A DNA stretch of 63,729 nt, filler included, from Octopus bimaculoides (taxonomy: Eukaryota): NCBI RefSeq assembly GCF_001194135.2. It is 9 parts of 9 records of this genome, joined end to end, with 100 filler letters (N's around TTAATTAATTAA, not from the genome) between each part and the next. Parts side by side here need not be neighbours in the genome. Positions count along the whole stretch, not along the records: positions 62,644 to 63,729 come from NW_026300465.1; 8 more parts are not named here. The stretch is one strand, 5' to 3'. The translations under genes and the position numbers were made by a program. Numbering within the stretch: the first letter of the stretch is position 1; the number at the start of each line of letters is the position of its first letter. This document shows, piece after piece, positions 62,644-63,729 of the stretch. Under the pieces are notes generated by a model that made no database searches, was not told the DNA's origin, and saw nothing but the letters and a program-made list of their open reading frames with translations.

Positions 62644-63729
62644 TGCATTATTCTCCATACAATTAAAATAGGTTTTATATGCATAATACCTAATGTTAAA
62701 ATACTTTCACAGTGAACACAAGAAAATATGTGCATGCTTGTATTATAGTGTTGTGCTGTTGAGCAAGGCAGCAATACTGTCTGCTCCACTTTGCTGACTT
62801 GCAACAAACTGTATTGCCTGTTTTGGTTGAATACTCACAATTCAATACTTGGAGAGAGTGCAGCATTGTTAATAGAACTGGGGGAAATTTACTCAGGGTG
62901 GCTTGCTGAATGGAAACTTAATAGTAAAGTGTGGGCACAAACATAATTCTTGTAGTAAAGTTAATAAATTTTAAATGAGACAAAAAAAAAAAAATCTAAT
63001 TTTAGTAAAGAGAACAATTATTATTTAGCTGAGTAATCTACCTCCCCTCCCACCAAAAATAATAGAGCATTGGGACAAATCATGAAATTTTAATTAATGA
63101 AATTTAATTAAATATGGAATACAGTAGTGTGTCTAATCCTTAGCAATACAGTGACAACTCCATGTTTTGTTGTTATTNNNNNNNNNNNNNNNNNNNNNNN
63201 NNNNNNNNNNNAAAAAAAATACTTTGCCATATATCAAGAAGCAGTATGGTTGCTATTGTAAGACTATATCAGGCCATTTATTATCATGAACCACATAACT
63301 GTGCATTGTTTTTAAGCAAATGTATGCAATTTTTCTGTTGTGCATTAGTTATATAATATGTGCACACATAGCACGGTGAGGTGGTATGTGCCCAAAAAAG
63401 AGTGGATTGTGAAATACTTTTGCCTTAAAATGTGGAGGGAAAAAAGGATAAATTAAACCATTAAAAAAAAATTTTAACCTGAGATTAATACAAACTTTAA
63501 AATTAGAGCAGGAAGTATTCTGATTGGTTGAAGACCACTCAGCTACATTGATATTGTTAGCAGAGGCTCACAGCAGAATATTGAGGATCTAGCAAAGCTG
63601 ATGGGAAACAGAAATTCATGGCACAGTATCCCAGTAGCAGCTGCTTGGACAGGTAAAAATTATGAATTCAGTAGTTGTTAAAGGGTGAGCATAGGCAAGA
63701 AATAAAGGTTGAGAAGCACTGACTTTCAG

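Overview
AT-rich, microsatellite-dense, gap-riddled eukaryotic DNA. The SINE families suggest an octopod cephalopod (Octopus); this is an inference from recalled repeat families, not a database result. The window is a mosaic of nine assembly pieces joined by eight artificial 100-bp spacers (44 N + TTAATTAATTAA + 44 N), so adjacency across those joins is not evidence. Host coding content appears limited to one good candidate internal exon (51983-52084, +). The rest is transposon debris. It includes a large, frameshifted Penelope-like element (PLE; minus strand, ~13.3-17.0 kb, RT open for ~467 codons) and three more PLE GIY-YIG remnants. There are also five R4/Dong, one HERO-like, three CR1-type and one RTE non-LTR remnants, mariner/maT/Tigger/piggyBac-like DNA-transposon pieces, a Helentron-like HINE and many tRNA-derived SINEs. 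The most interesting signal is RNA-level: several hammerhead ribozyme (HHR) motifs. Two have intact catalytic cores (6649-6696 minus; 12421-12515 plus, with an unusually long stem II). A third lies downstream of a tRNA-derived Pol III promoter head within one ~400-bp element (1151-1547 minus), a candidate Pol III-driven, ribozyme-carrying SINE that may be mobilised by PLEs. All folds and alignments were done by eye. No CRISPR array, rRNA gene or true tRNA gene was found.
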